From a virus (lineage: Duplodnaviria > Caudoviricetes), in IMG/VR virus record IMGVR_UViG_3300001598_000037, positions 26,811-90,810 of that record: a DNA stretch of 64,000 nt; one strand, written 5' to 3'. Numbering within the stretch: the first letter of the stretch is position 1; each line of letters opens with the position of its first letter. A model generated the notes under the pieces. That model ran no database searches. It was given only the letters and a program-made list of their open reading frames with translations, and was not told the origin of the DNA. Shown here in pieces: positions 36,352 through 44,992 of this stretch. The translations under genes were made by a program, and so were the position numbers.

Positions 36352-37500
36352 ATCGCCTCCCCCCTCCGCCTCCAAAAAGAACTCTCTTCTTTTCTTTCTT
36401 TATATATTTCTTTCTTATTCTTCTCTGAATTACATATTATATATTATAGTCTGCCATATAATATAAAATAATACAGTTAGCTGTTTTAGCTTGCTGCTAA
36501 GCAAGGTACAACGCCGACCACCGATCGTCCTAAAAAACACCTCAACTCTACTCGGCGGTCGTCGGCTGTCGCCTCCTGGCTATACGCTCGCCCACCAGAC
36601 TGCCGTTCCAGTTCCTTATCCAGTTCCAATTTAATTGTAATACAACGCTTCGCTCATTTTGGCAGTTCGCTTCGCAAACCGCCGTTCAAGTATATGACTC
36701 GCCTCTCGGCTCGTAATATAGTGTTAGATTATTTTTGCTTTATAAATTTGGTATCATATTTTTTGATCTTATAAATTTGATACCATATCGGACAACCGAT
36801 ATAACTGGCAACCGTTATACTATACGGCGCTGGGCTGGGCTGGGCACAGTCGAGTCCAGGATAGCGAGCTGGGTTGCTTTGTAACATTACATCATGATTT
36901 TTGTAACACGCGTTACGCTACATGCTCGTACCTGCGCTGACACCTTATTTTATTACTTATTATTTATGCGCGGGCACACATATACGGCACGGCCCTGTTT
37001 TGGGCCCTAGGAAGCCCGTAGAGCCGTTTTAAGGGCCGAGCCGATAAATTATACCTATTTATATATTACGAGCGTTTTAGGGTCATTTAAATGCGAATTT
37101 GAAGGGGGTGTAATTTAGACGAAAGGCGAAGCCGCAGGCGAAGACGATAGTCGGCTCGCGCGCGTGCGCGGGCGCGTGTATTGAGAAGCTATTTGGGGAG
37201 TGCCTTTTTAAACAGCCGCCCCTCCCCACAGGCAGAGAGCCGCTTCGCATCGCTTCGCATCGCTTCGCATCGCTTCGCTTTATCTTCGCTCCGTTTTATT
37301 AATTTTTTACCCCTACCCTCAGCCCACAGCTTCGCCTTCCACATTTGCCCCCAAATGCCGAGTAGACACCCCCGAGCCGAGTCCCGTTTTAATCTGCCCT
37401 GCTCTGCTCTGCCCGCATCCAGATCGCCAAACTATATCATTACAATGATACACCTGATCATATACACAGTCCCGAGAATGTCCGTACGCGTACATGTCTT
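36352..37500. other. Non-coding GC-rich convergence zone (candidate origin, terminus or packaging region)
   Basis: Bounded by opposing terminators; many short repeats and palindromes; 8 GCGAAGC copies. Confidence 0.5.
37241..37280. repeat. 10-bp tandem repeat (CGCTTCGCAT)x3 + CGCTTCGCTT
   Basis: Read directly from sequence. Confidence 0.95.
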
Positions 37501-37509
37501 TTTAGACAT

Positions 37510-37533
37510 AAAAAAAAGATCCCGCAGGATCTT
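37510..37533 (-). terminator. Minus-strand intrinsic terminator
   Basis: AAGATCC-TGCG-GGATCTT plus T-run on the minus strand. Confidence 0.75.
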
Positions 37534-37621
37534 AATGTTTCTTATTATATACATAGAGCCGCGCCGTGTTTACTATAAGAAACATAGCGGCCTAAAATAC
37601 TAACAAATACTAACAGAATGT

Positions 37622-37840
37622 CTACTTGAACTTGTCACGATTCATGATCAGATAACAAAGGTTTTGTGTAAATATCTGAACGCCGAACGCAAAGCAGCAC
37701 CCAGCCACGAAGAGCTGTACAGGGCTGAGCTCGGCTGTCACGGCGTGGATCAGAGCGGCTCCGCCCAGGGCCAAGAAAAGGGCCGACTCGAGCACGGCTA
37801 ATATAAACGGAATTCTTTGAGATTTATTTTGATTGTTCAT
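37622..37840 (-). CDS. 72-aa two-TM membrane protein (toxin-, holin- or exclusion-like)
   Basis: RBS AAAGGAGGAG; own promoter and terminator; GC3-rich codons unlike the rest of the window. Confidence 0.65.
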   Translation of the reverse strand: MNNQNKSQRIPFILAVLESALFLALGGAALIHAVTAELSPVQLFVAGCCFAFGVQIFTQNLCYLIMNRDKFK

Positions 37841-37878
37841 GAGTTTCTCCTCCTTTAATTGTCATTAGTTGGAATTTA

Positions 37879-37907
37879 TTGAACATTGATTTGAATTTAT
37901 ATATAAA
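37879..37907 (+). promoter_or_regulatory. Possible antisense promoter
   Basis: TTGAAC-17-TATAAA. Confidence 0.45.
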
Positions 37908-37962
37908 CGGCAAAGAAGAGAGCCGAGCCTGGTTTTATATGTATGTTTGGAGGAACAATTAT

Positions 37963-38046
37963 ATGAAAACAAAGCTACGTGATGAGAAAGGACTTTCGAC
38001 CTTGAGAGATCTCTGGGATCTGACACGATCTGGTTATAAGAGGTAA
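37963..38046 (+). CDS. 27-aa peptide antisense to the leader of the 72-aa gene
   Basis: GGAGGAACAATTATATG initiation cassette; MKTKLRDEKGLSTLRDLWDLTRSGYKR. Confidence 0.5.
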   Translation: MKTKLRDEKGLSTLRDLWDLTRSGYKR

Positions 38047-38109
38047 AAATGAATTGTTTGCACAGCGAAGTGCAACGTATCGGCGCGGCCCTCTCCTCTA
38101 CCTATTATA

Positions 38110-38138
38110 ATTATATCATAGACCTATATAAATGACAA
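38110..38138 (-). promoter_or_regulatory. Minus-strand promoter
   Basis: TTGTCA-17-TATAAT with TG. Confidence 0.8.
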
Positions 38139-38578
38139 GAGAATTCTCTATAAAAAAATGGGCCCCAGAGCCCAGGGCCGACCTACATAAATTTGATCGA
38201 CAAATTTTTAAAAAAGTGGCCGACCTATATACTTTTAAAAACGGCCCCCAAATTTTTAATAAAAATAACCGAGTGTGCTCGGCCTAAAAAATCCGCCCTG
38301 GGGGCGGCTAAAAAAATGGGGTGTCGAAAAAGAAAACTCCCCCCTGAGGCAAGGAAACTCGGGGCCGAGGCAACAAGCGGCCCAGGACGGCCGAGTTTAT
38401 TAAGGGGTGATCCTCCCTGTTTTTTAAAAGGGCCGCGCAGCGCCGCCGCGATCATGCCCCCTCCTCTAAATTCAACACTTGGCTGAGGCAATAGGTGCTG
38501 TTAAATCTAGAGGAGGAAACATGATCTATTAGGATGTAGTCAAGAAGTATCGATAAATTGTTGAACAGTACCAGACAT

Positions 38579-38617
38579 AAACAAAAGACAGCCCAGAGTG
38601 TTGAGCCCCGAGCCGCC
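38579..38617 (-). terminator. Terminator of the peptide-SprT operon
   Basis: 12-bp GU-rich stem GGCGGCTCGGGG/CTCTGGGCTGTC plus TTTTGTTT. Confidence 0.55.
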
Positions 38618-38649
38618 TAATATTTATTTGTTAATTATGCATAGAATTT

Positions 38650-38763
38650 TTATTTATTCTTGCCATTCTTTATTAACCAATAAAGAAATTCAAAAACAAT
38701 AAGACCTATACCAATTAACAGTCCAGTACTGTTCATTTCGACAGCAAACAAGAGTTGTGTCAT
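38650..38763 (-). CDS. 37-aa single-TM peptide (not in track)
   Basis: RBS AAGGAGGT; MTQLLFAVEMNSTGLLIGIGLIVFEFLYWLIKNGKNK. Confidence 0.7.
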   Translation of the reverse strand: MTQLLFAVEMNSTGLLIGIGLIVFEFLYWLIKNGKNK

Positions 38764-38783
38764 TTAATTTACCTCCTTCTGAA

Positions 38784-39269
38784 TTACTTAATCTTTTTCC
38801 AAGATCCTCCACAATTGTTATGAGTAACAGATGAGCCGAGATTGGCAAACTGTTCTTCATTAAACCCGATAAATTTACCGCAGCTTTCACAACAGTAAAC
38901 ATATCTGAAATTGTTAAGCCAATAGTGAGCTGAGAAGTGCACGACCTGCAGAGGGTCCTGTGTAACTTCTAGCCCGCCCAGCTTCTGGCTGAACTTGTTT
39001 GCGATCGCCGACCACTTGGAAGAGTGTTGAGCGGTTTGACCAGCAATAACATGTCCATACTCATGAGCGACGATCGTTTTGATCACAGTATCAGATTCTG
39101 CACAAAGCACAGAATTGATTATGATCAGCGGCCGTTCATATTTTCTGAAGACTGTTAAGCCAACCCGATCGACATTCATCGGTTCAACAACAAGTTCAGT
39201 ACCACGGGCTCCTAGCTGATGTAGGAACCCTTGGCAAACGCTTAGTAACTGTGAATCAGTTCTAATCAT
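38784..39269 (-). CDS. SprT-like zinc metalloprotease
   Basis: VAHEYGH (HExxH), downstream HSSKW, C-terminal CCESCG...HNNCG zinc ribbon. Confidence 0.8.
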   Translation of the reverse strand: MIRTDSQLLSVCQGFLHQLGARGTELVVEPMNVDRVGLTVFRKYERPLIIINSVLCAESDTVIKTIVAHEYGHVIAGQTAQHSSKWSAIANKFSQKLGGLEVTQDPLQVVHFSAHYWLNNFRYVYCCESCGKFIGFNEEQFANLGSSVTHNNCGGSWKKIK

Positions 39270-39295
39270 GGTGTGTTCACCTCCTTTGATGAAAT

Positions 39296-39379
39296 TTATT
39301 TTCTTCCATCTTTGAACCAGCTATACCAAATATAGCCGATGATGAAGAAAATGAAAATTGCAAGGAATCCTAATCCCAT
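39296..39379 (-). CDS. 27-aa hydrophobic peptide (not in track)
   Basis: RBS AGGAGGTG; MGLGFLAIFIFFIIGYIWYSWFKDGRK. Confidence 0.7.
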   Translation of the reverse strand: MGLGFLAIFIFFIIGYIWYSWFKDGRK

Positions 39380-39406
39380 AAAATCACCTCCTATATATCT
39401 AATAAT

Positions 39407-39438
39407 ATTATACCACTATTGTCCCGACTTGACAATAG
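39407..39438 (-). promoter_or_regulatory. Promoter with overlapping palindromic operator
   Basis: TTGTCA-17-TATAAT (TG); inverted repeat CTATTGTC-N7-GACAATAG at 39416-39438. Confidence 0.8.
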
Positions 39439-40024
39439 CAGTTTTAATATTATTTTCATCTTCCCACTCGCCGTCAGACCATAGAGGAATGTTTTCGCTA
39501 CAGCCGTCATCGAAGCAGCCGTCAACATAAACATGAGCATAAACTCCTGAAGCGTGGTGTGCTTCTGCTGCAGCCACACAGCCGAGTAGATCCTTGCCTT
39601 GAAGACCAAATTCGTAATCACCATCAGGTGTTTCTAATATCACTTCGAAACAGTCAAAGGCACGTTGAATGATATCATCCATTGTTAGATCTTCTAAATA
39701 ATCATCGATCTCTCTATCGATTGCGTCGTATAGAGGTTCGCAGTCATTAATAACATCGTTGATCACTTTAGAAATTTCTGCTGCGTAACGCTTAGCTTGA
39801 CCTTCTGAGAATCCGTGGAATTCTTGAAGTCTGAAGACTGCTTCTTGATCACAGAATTCTTTTAATGGATCTGCATAAAGCTCTTCGATGCTGATACCAG
39901 ATTCTGCAGCCCAGCCTAGAGCTGAGCGAAGTTGATTCTGGTAATCACCTTTGTAATCTGATTCAACCTTATCTAGTTGATCTGTGTCTACTGTAAATTT
40001 CACTAAAATTGTTTTAATTGCCAT
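39416..40024 (-). CDS. Acidic hypothetical protein
   Basis: RBS GGAGGT before the ATG at 40024. Confidence 0.7.
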   Translation of the reverse strand: MAIKTILVKFTVDTDQLDKVESDYKGDYQNQLRSALGWAAESGISIEELYADPLKEFCDQEAVFRLQEFHGFSEGQAKRYAAEISKVINDVINDCEPLYDAIDREIDDYLEDLTMDDIIQRAFDCFEVILETPDGDYEFGLQGKDLLGCVAAAEAHHASGVYAHVYVDGCFDDGCSENIPLWSDGEWEDENNIKTAIVKSGQ

Positions 40025-40040
40025 AGTATTATACCTCCTA

Positions 40041-40445
40041 TTATTTTTGTATATCTGCAGCGACAAGTTTAAGATCCCTGTCGTCCCATTCCCTGTAGTA
40101 CCATTCACCGTCGATAAAGATATATGTATAATCTTCTACGGCGTGATCAAGGTAATCATCAAGTGAGCTGAAGATTCTGGCGTCTACATTAGATTCACCA
40201 CGTTCCCTGTAAGTCATGCAGGCATTAGGATCTGGTCTAGAAATTGAGTCGCTCCAGTAGCCGACAGGTTCAGAGCCGATCATACTCATATCACCAAGAT
40301 CAAGTAGCTTGTTGATGCGATCTTCTGTAGTGTAGTGTTCTAGTAGTACTGCTCCGACTCCTTCTAGGTAGCCGTCCCAGTGATGATAAATTGATCTGAC
40401 TGTACCGTCAGCGTTTTTAATTGCAATATGACTTCTTGTACTCAT
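40041..40445 (-). CDS. Conserved phage hypothetical protein
   Basis: MSTRSHI...SIYHHWDGY..GVGA.LL.HY...LGDMS, recalled as a widespread phage family. Confidence 0.8.
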   Translation of the reverse strand: MSTRSHIAIKNADGTVRSIYHHWDGYLEGVGAVLLEHYTTEDRINKLLDLGDMSMIGSEPVGYWSDSISRPDPNACMTYRERGESNVDARIFSSLDDYLDHAVEDYTYIFIDGEWYYREWDDRDLKLVAADIQK

Positions 40446-40459
40446 AATATTGTACCTCC

Positions 40460-40846
40460 TTATTTTAACCAGATATAGTAAGCTTCGTAATCAGAACCTT
40501 CACACCAACCAGTTTGGTCTTCGTCGATCTCGAAACCCATATCTTTAATTAGTTGTTCAACAGCTTCTACTTCTTCTGAATAGCGAACTTCAACATATGC
40601 TTGATCGCCGTCATATAAAGTAGCTGATTTAAATGACTTATCAAGTTCGTTTGATAGATCATCTAAATCTTAATCTTGATAATCATCATCATCTGAATCA
40701 CAGACGAAATTTTCTAAATCAAGTTCTTTGATCTCATCATCAGTTAAATCCATTGCAGCAAGCATGCATTCTCTGAATTCTTCATCATGATCCATGCCCC
40801 ATGCTAGTAGGTTGTCTAAAATTGTTAATAGTCTTTTATTAGTCAT
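40460..40846 (-). pseudogene. 128-codon acidic ORF interrupted by one in-frame TAA (40670-40672)
   Basis: RBS GGAGGTG; 58 aa, TAA, then 69 more protein-like codons ending at the next RBS. Confidence 0.7.
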
Positions 40847-40859
40847 AATATTACACCTC

Positions 40860-41297
40860 CTAAATATATAATTCTTTCTTTGAGCCGATCACCCAGTAGA
40901 CTGTAGAGCCGTCTCGTTTGATCTTGTACTCATGTTCATCATCAGTAAGAACTGCTGTGCCATCTAACTTAAATTTATATGGCGTTCTTATATTTCCTAC
41001 TTCTATTTTACCACTTAACATGATCTTTGTCAATACATTACATGAATGAATTGACAATTTTTGATGCATTCCTTCTGTGGTTGCACGAGATCCTACAATT
41101 GTATAAGCATCTTGAATTTCTACTTGACATTTACAGTCAGAATAAATTTCTTCAGCTATTAATTGCATTTGTGTTGTGATCTCTGTGATTTGTTTAAGAG
41201 CTGTGCTATCCTTTGTTACATTAAGCCAAAGTGGATGAAGTTGATCTTCATAATCATGATAGCGTCTTACTAATTGTTTTAATTGTTTTGATTCCAT
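40860..41297 (-). CDS. Hypothetical protein (145 aa)
   Basis: RBS AGGAGG. Confidence 0.7.
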   Translation of the reverse strand: MESKQLKQLVRRYHDYEDQLHPLWLNVTKDSTALKQITEITTQMQLIAEEIYSDCKCQVEIQDAYTIVGSRATTEGMHQKLSIHSCNVLTKIMLSGKIEVGNIRTPYKFKLDGTAVLTDDEHEYKIKRDGSTVYWVIGSKKELYI

Positions 41298-41300
41298 ATT

Positions 41301-41684
41301 TTAGTCCTCCTTTGTTACTAATTGTTCTATGTAGTCCATGAATTCACAGTCATACCATTCATCATAGCACGCTGGTTCCATACCTTCATATTCTGGATCT
41401 GAATGTTCTTTATACCAATTATCTAAATAGCTTTGATATAAAACTTCTTTAATATACCAGTCTTTATGTGCGAACATAAGCTGTGTATAATGTGGTTCGC
41501 CGTCGATCATATCAATCTTCTCAATTTCTACGATCTCCCATAAATGAGTTTCATCTGGAACAAGAAGTGATTCAGCTATGATCTCAGCTTCAGTTTTAGA
41601 GTTAACAGTTGTATAACGGGTGAAGAATAGATCACCCGTTAATCTGATATTAACACCATAAGCAGTTTCATCAATTTTTGCCAT
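41301..41684 (-). CDS. Acidic hypothetical protein
   Basis: RBS GGAGGT. Confidence 0.7.
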   Translation of the reverse strand: MAKIDETAYGVNIRLTGDLFFTRYTTVNSKTEAEIIAESLLVPDETHLWEIVEIEKIDMIDGEPHYTQLMFAHKDWYIKEVLYQSYLDNWYKEHSDPEYEGMEPACYDEWYDCEFMDYIEQLVTKED

Positions 41685-41686
41685 AA

Positions 41687-41980
41687 TTATTTTACCTCCT
41701 TTCTTGCAGCTAGGAATTTTGCAACATCAAATTCTGTAAGATCAGGACTTGCAGATGCATCATAGTCAGCGTAGATTACTTCGATATCAGCATCGTCATC
41801 GAAGAGATCATAAATTTCTGCGTGACTGTAACCGTAGATGTCAGAAAGTCTTCTGGCGATCTCGTAAGCTACTGCTTCTGCTTCCTCATGTGTCTTAAAT
41901 TTTCTGTCGAACACTGTGTGTTCTCTTTCGCCGATCAATCTTTGTTCACGGCCTACTACTCTAAATTGTCTTTTTGTCAT
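41687..41980 (-). CDS. Hypothetical protein (97 aa)
   Basis: RBS GGAGGT. Confidence 0.7.
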   Translation of the reverse strand: MTKRQFRVVGREQRLIGEREHTVFDRKFKTHEEAEAVAYEIARRLSDIYGYSHAEIYDLFDDDADIEVIYADYDASASPDLTEFDVAKFLAARKEVK

Positions 41981-41996
41981 ATAAGTACCTCCTATA

Positions 41997-42584
41997 TTAA
42001 TCTTCTACTTCATATTCTTCAACATGGAAACGTCCAACTAATCCTTGATCAAGAATATAGTCTTGTGCGTCATCTTCTGTGTTGAATAATAGTGGATTAG
42101 CCCAACCATCTCTTAAACACTCATAGTCGTCATCGTCTACAACTATAAATTTTATTTCTCTTTCAGGTTCTTCTGTCTCCAGAGCAGAGCCGTCTTCTTG
42201 AACTTCAAGATGCCAGCCTCCTTCATCTGGATAAACTGAAAGTGTGCAGCCTGTTGCTAAATAAGGTGCCATAGCTTTGAAACATTCATACATGAATCCC
42301 TCCCAACCATAACTGCCGTGGAAGTTAGCATTCCAGTCATTAGGTTCATCATTTGATCCCCATTCACAGTCTAATTCATCTAAACTGCTGTGTGGTGCAT
42401 GATAAGGTCCATAAATTGATTCGATTAATTCACGTTCATTTTCTGAACTTAAAATTAACTGTGTGCAATCTGTTGAAATGTTGTCTGCCTCAATTGTCTT
42501 TCTAATTGCTTCTAATAATTGTGAAAAGTTGCAACCATTTCTGATTGCAACTCCTTCTACATAAACTGAATACCATTGTCCCAT
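41997..42584 (-). CDS. Acidic hypothetical protein (195 aa)
   Basis: GGAGGACAATTATATG cassette. Confidence 0.7.
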   Translation of the reverse strand: MGQWYSVYVEGVAIRNGCNFSQLLEAIRKTIEADNISTDCTQLILSSENERELIESIYGPYHAPHSSLDELDCEWGSNDEPNDWNANFHGSYGWEGFMYECFKAMAPYLATGCTLSVYPDEGGWHLEVQEDGSALETEEPEREIKFIVVDDDDYECLRDGWANPLLFNTEDDAQDYILDQGLVGRFHVEEYEVED

Positions 42585-42596
42585 ATAATTGTCCTC

Positions 42597-42929
42597 CTAT
42601 CCTGTGTAGTCTTCTGTCTTGATGATTTCTGCGAATTCAAAATCTTCATCAGAATAATTTTCAATTCTCATGCAGTCGTCATCTGCTTCGCAATAAGCGA
42701 AGATTGAATAACCTAAGTCACTTGATGTAAGTGCTTTGTTATAATTGTTAAAAGTGTAAGTTCTTTGTTCAACAGGGAATTCACGAACTAGCTTTGAATT
42801 TTTGATGATAACTTTAGCTACCATCTCAATTAATTCACCATCTGGCGTATGCTTGTCGCATACCTTTCTTTCGATTCCATGTTTTTCATTAAATTGTCGC
42901 ATTGCTGCCTTTACTTCAGAAAATTTCAT
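42597..42929 (-). CDS. Hypothetical protein (110 aa)
   Basis: RBS GGAGGT. Confidence 0.7.
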   Translation of the reverse strand: MKFSEVKAAMRQFNEKHGIERKVCDKHTPDGELIEMVAKVIIKNSKLVREFPVEQRTYTFNNYNKALTSSDLGYSIFAYCEADDDCMRIENYSDEDFEFAEIIKTEDYTG

Positions 42930-42941
42930 ATTTGTTACCTC

Positions 42942-43154
42942 CTATTTTTCTTCTTCTTTAATTGTTCTTGTGCGTTTGTAGACAGTATCTCCACCGTCTC
43001 TAAAATCGTAACTAGTACATTTAACGACTTCAACAGATCTGCAAGTGTCTGGATTTTCATTAAAGATTGCACGAGCCGATTCGACAGCATCATTTTTTAG
43101 ATGGTACTGTTCACTCCATTGATCGTTAATATATAAATCATACCAGCGTTCCAT
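42942..43154 (-). CDS. Hypothetical protein (70 aa)
   Basis: RBS GGAGGTGG. Confidence 0.7.
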   Translation of the reverse strand: MERWYDLYINDQWSEQYHLKNDAVESARAIFNENPDTCRSVEVVKCTSYDFRDGGDTVYKRTRTIKEEEK

Positions 43155-43167
43155 AATTGTCCACCTC

Positions 43168-43392
43168 CTATTCTGCTACAGGATACGTAGCTAATTTGTA
43201 ATATATTAAACCAAAGATATTTATTTTAACAGTTTTACCTGCTTTAAAATTTTCAATATCTTCTGGGTCAATATCATTATCAAAAATTTTAATTAATTCT
43301 TTAACTGCACTATCAACAGAAGCGTGAACGGATACTGTTGAGTATCCGCCCCCTCCTTGTCTTTTAGCTTCAATGATATATACTTCTGTCAT
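43168..43392 (-). CDS. Hypothetical protein (74 aa)
   Basis: Start re-assigned to the ATG at 43392 after RBS AAGGAG. Confidence 0.65.
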   Translation of the reverse strand: MTEVYIIEAKRQGGGGYSTVSVHASVDSAVKELIKIFDNDIDPEDIENFKAGKTVKINIFGLIYYKLATYPVAE

Positions 43393-43393
43393 A

Positions 43394-44020
43394 TTAAGCA
43401 TCTCCTTCAGCATCTTCGTATTCGAAGTCTTCTTCTTCGTCTTCGAAGAATCGATTTTCGTGATCTTCCCAATGAAGGCCAGGATCATTAGCTTCATGAG
43501 TTAAAACACCAGCGAAGAATCCACCTTCTTCATCAGCGTCGTTTTCCCAGTATAGCTCTGGCATCACTAATGCTAATTCAGCTAACCAGCCTTCTGGCAT
43601 AGACCATGGTGTTTCATAATAGATCACGATACTTTCTGGATTTGATAAAATGATTTCTGATGTATCAGCGTTCCATTTACATCCCCAGTGTTTGCAGTGC
43701 CATTGATACCATGTAGGTGCGCCATATTTTTCTATATTAGACTTATATAGGCGTCCTAATTGTAAAATTTCTTCTACTTGATCGTCAGTATATCTTTCAC
43801 GAATACTGTCTTCTGTAGTTTCACCGTTAATAACTTCTAATCCAAGATCACCAAAACTTCCACAAGTACAGTTTAGTTCTTCTGGCATTGGTAATAGAAT
43901 GTTGAAGTCTAATTGATCATTACCTTCTTCATCTTTTGAGAATAATAAAGACATTACCTTTGATCTTTGTTCTGCTGTTTTTGTTAAAATTGTTAATTTG
44001 TTGTTTACCCAATTTGGCAT
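43394..44020 (-). CDS. DUF1281/YubB ferredoxin-like fold protein
   Basis: MPNWVNN...LDFN.LLPMP...WYQW..KHWGCKWN...ETPWSMP. Confidence 0.7.
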   Translation of the reverse strand: MPNWVNNKLTILTKTAEQRSKVMSLLFSKDEEGNDQLDFNILLPMPEELNCTCGSFGDLGLEVINGETTEDSIRERYTDDQVEEILQLGRLYKSNIEKYGAPTWYQWHCKHWGCKWNADTSEIILSNPESIVIYYETPWSMPEGWLAELALVMPELYWENDADEEGGFFAGVLTHEANDPGLHWEDHENRFFEDEEEDFEYEDAEGDA

Positions 44021-44036
44021 ATAATTGTCCTCCTTA

Positions 44037-44597
44037 TTATAATATATTTAGATTATCAGAAATTTTTATTAAACTTAATCTCTTGTATTTAATTTGTGGA
44101 GATGTCGTTTTAATATAAGCTTCTGCTTGATCTACTGTTCCGTAGTTGCACCACATGTAGCTCTTCTTCCAATCTTGATCGATGATACATAAAGTACTCC
44201 ATTGATCTTTGAAAGCTTTTTTAGCTTCTTTGATGTCTGCTGCACGATCTTCAATAATATTTTCTAAAGCTTCAAGATCGTCGGCGTTAATTTTCGCAGT
44301 TGTTTTATTGCGTAACCATTCATATTCGCTGGTTTCACTGTAAGCTGGATCAAGCCTCTTCAAGCAAGTAAGAACAGCTTCTTTAAATTTGATTTCTTCG
44401 TCGGATGTGATGCCATTCATATACCAGTCGTCAGCACAGCCACCGTTTCCTTCTTGTGTTACTTCACAGATCTTTTTACCGTTCCAGTAGATGTCGCAGT
44501 GCATACTTCCACCTTCGCCCCATTCCATAGAGTAACCTCTTGATAAATTTTTAATTTCTAAGCCTTCAATTGTTTTAATTGCAATATTTTTTGCCAT
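44037..44597 (-). CDS. Hypothetical protein (186 aa)
   Basis: EWGEGG...Y.NGKK....QEGNGG motif. Confidence 0.7.
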   Translation of the reverse strand: MAKNIAIKTIEGLEIKNLSRGYSMEWGEGGSMHCDIYWNGKKICEVTQEGNGGCADDWYMNGITSDEEIKFKEAVLTCLKRLDPAYSETSEYEWLRNKTTAKINADDLEALENIIEDRAADIKEAKKAFKDQWSTLCIIDQDWKKSYMWCNYGTVDQAEAYIKTTSPQIKYKRLSLIKISDNLNIL

Positions 44598-44992
44598 ATT
44601 ATCTGTCCTCCTCTTTTAATTCTTCATATAATTGTTTTTTAGCTTCTTTGATATCTGCATCGTAAAGATGTTTGATCGCTTTAGCTAAATTGGTTCTGCC
44701 ATCAATGCGTGGCCCAGATTCCATACCAGCTAAATTGTATTTTGATCCACGACCGCCTTTTGATGCTGCGATAGCCCAGATCCACACATGTTCTTCTGGA
44801 TCACTGTCAATAAGATCGCCAAAAATTTGTTGGATTTCTGGCGTAGTCTTAAAAACAACAGCGACATCTATGTAACCATATTTGTCGCTGTCACCACATG
44901 CGTTCCAGCATTCTTCTGGATCACATGAGACATAAGTCTTTTTTAAAATTGTTTCAATAGCTTTTTGAGTCATATTATCTGTCCTCCTCTTT
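44595..44992. repeat. Perfect 22-bp direct repeat CATATTATCTGTCCTCCTCTTT (44595-44616, 44971-44992)
   Basis: Read directly; contains the RBS and start codon of both adjacent genes. Confidence 0.9.
44599..44973 (-). CDS. Hypothetical protein bounded by a 22-bp direct repeat
   Basis: Start at 44973 within the repeat. Confidence 0.7.
   Translation of the reverse strand: MTQKAIETILKKTYVSCDPEECWNACGDSDKYGYIDVAVVFKTTPEIQQIFGDLIDSDPEEHVWIWAIAASKGGRGSKYNLAGMESGPRIDGRTNLAKAIKHLYDADIKEAKKQLYEELKEEDR

Noticed and set aside
37181-37603. 140-aa plus-strand ORF in the convergence zone
   Set aside because: TTG start, no RBS, and it translates the tandem repeat (ASLRIASHR); likely a chance ORF in GC-rich DNA
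38193-38491. Two opposing ORFs (97 aa and 88 aa)
   Set aside because: No RBS; low-complexity translation of A-tract/GC-block DNA
36352-38600. CRISPR mini-array, dif site or att site in the non-coding zone
   Set aside because: No 25-40 bp repeats with regular spacers, no convincing XerCD arms, and no integrase in the window
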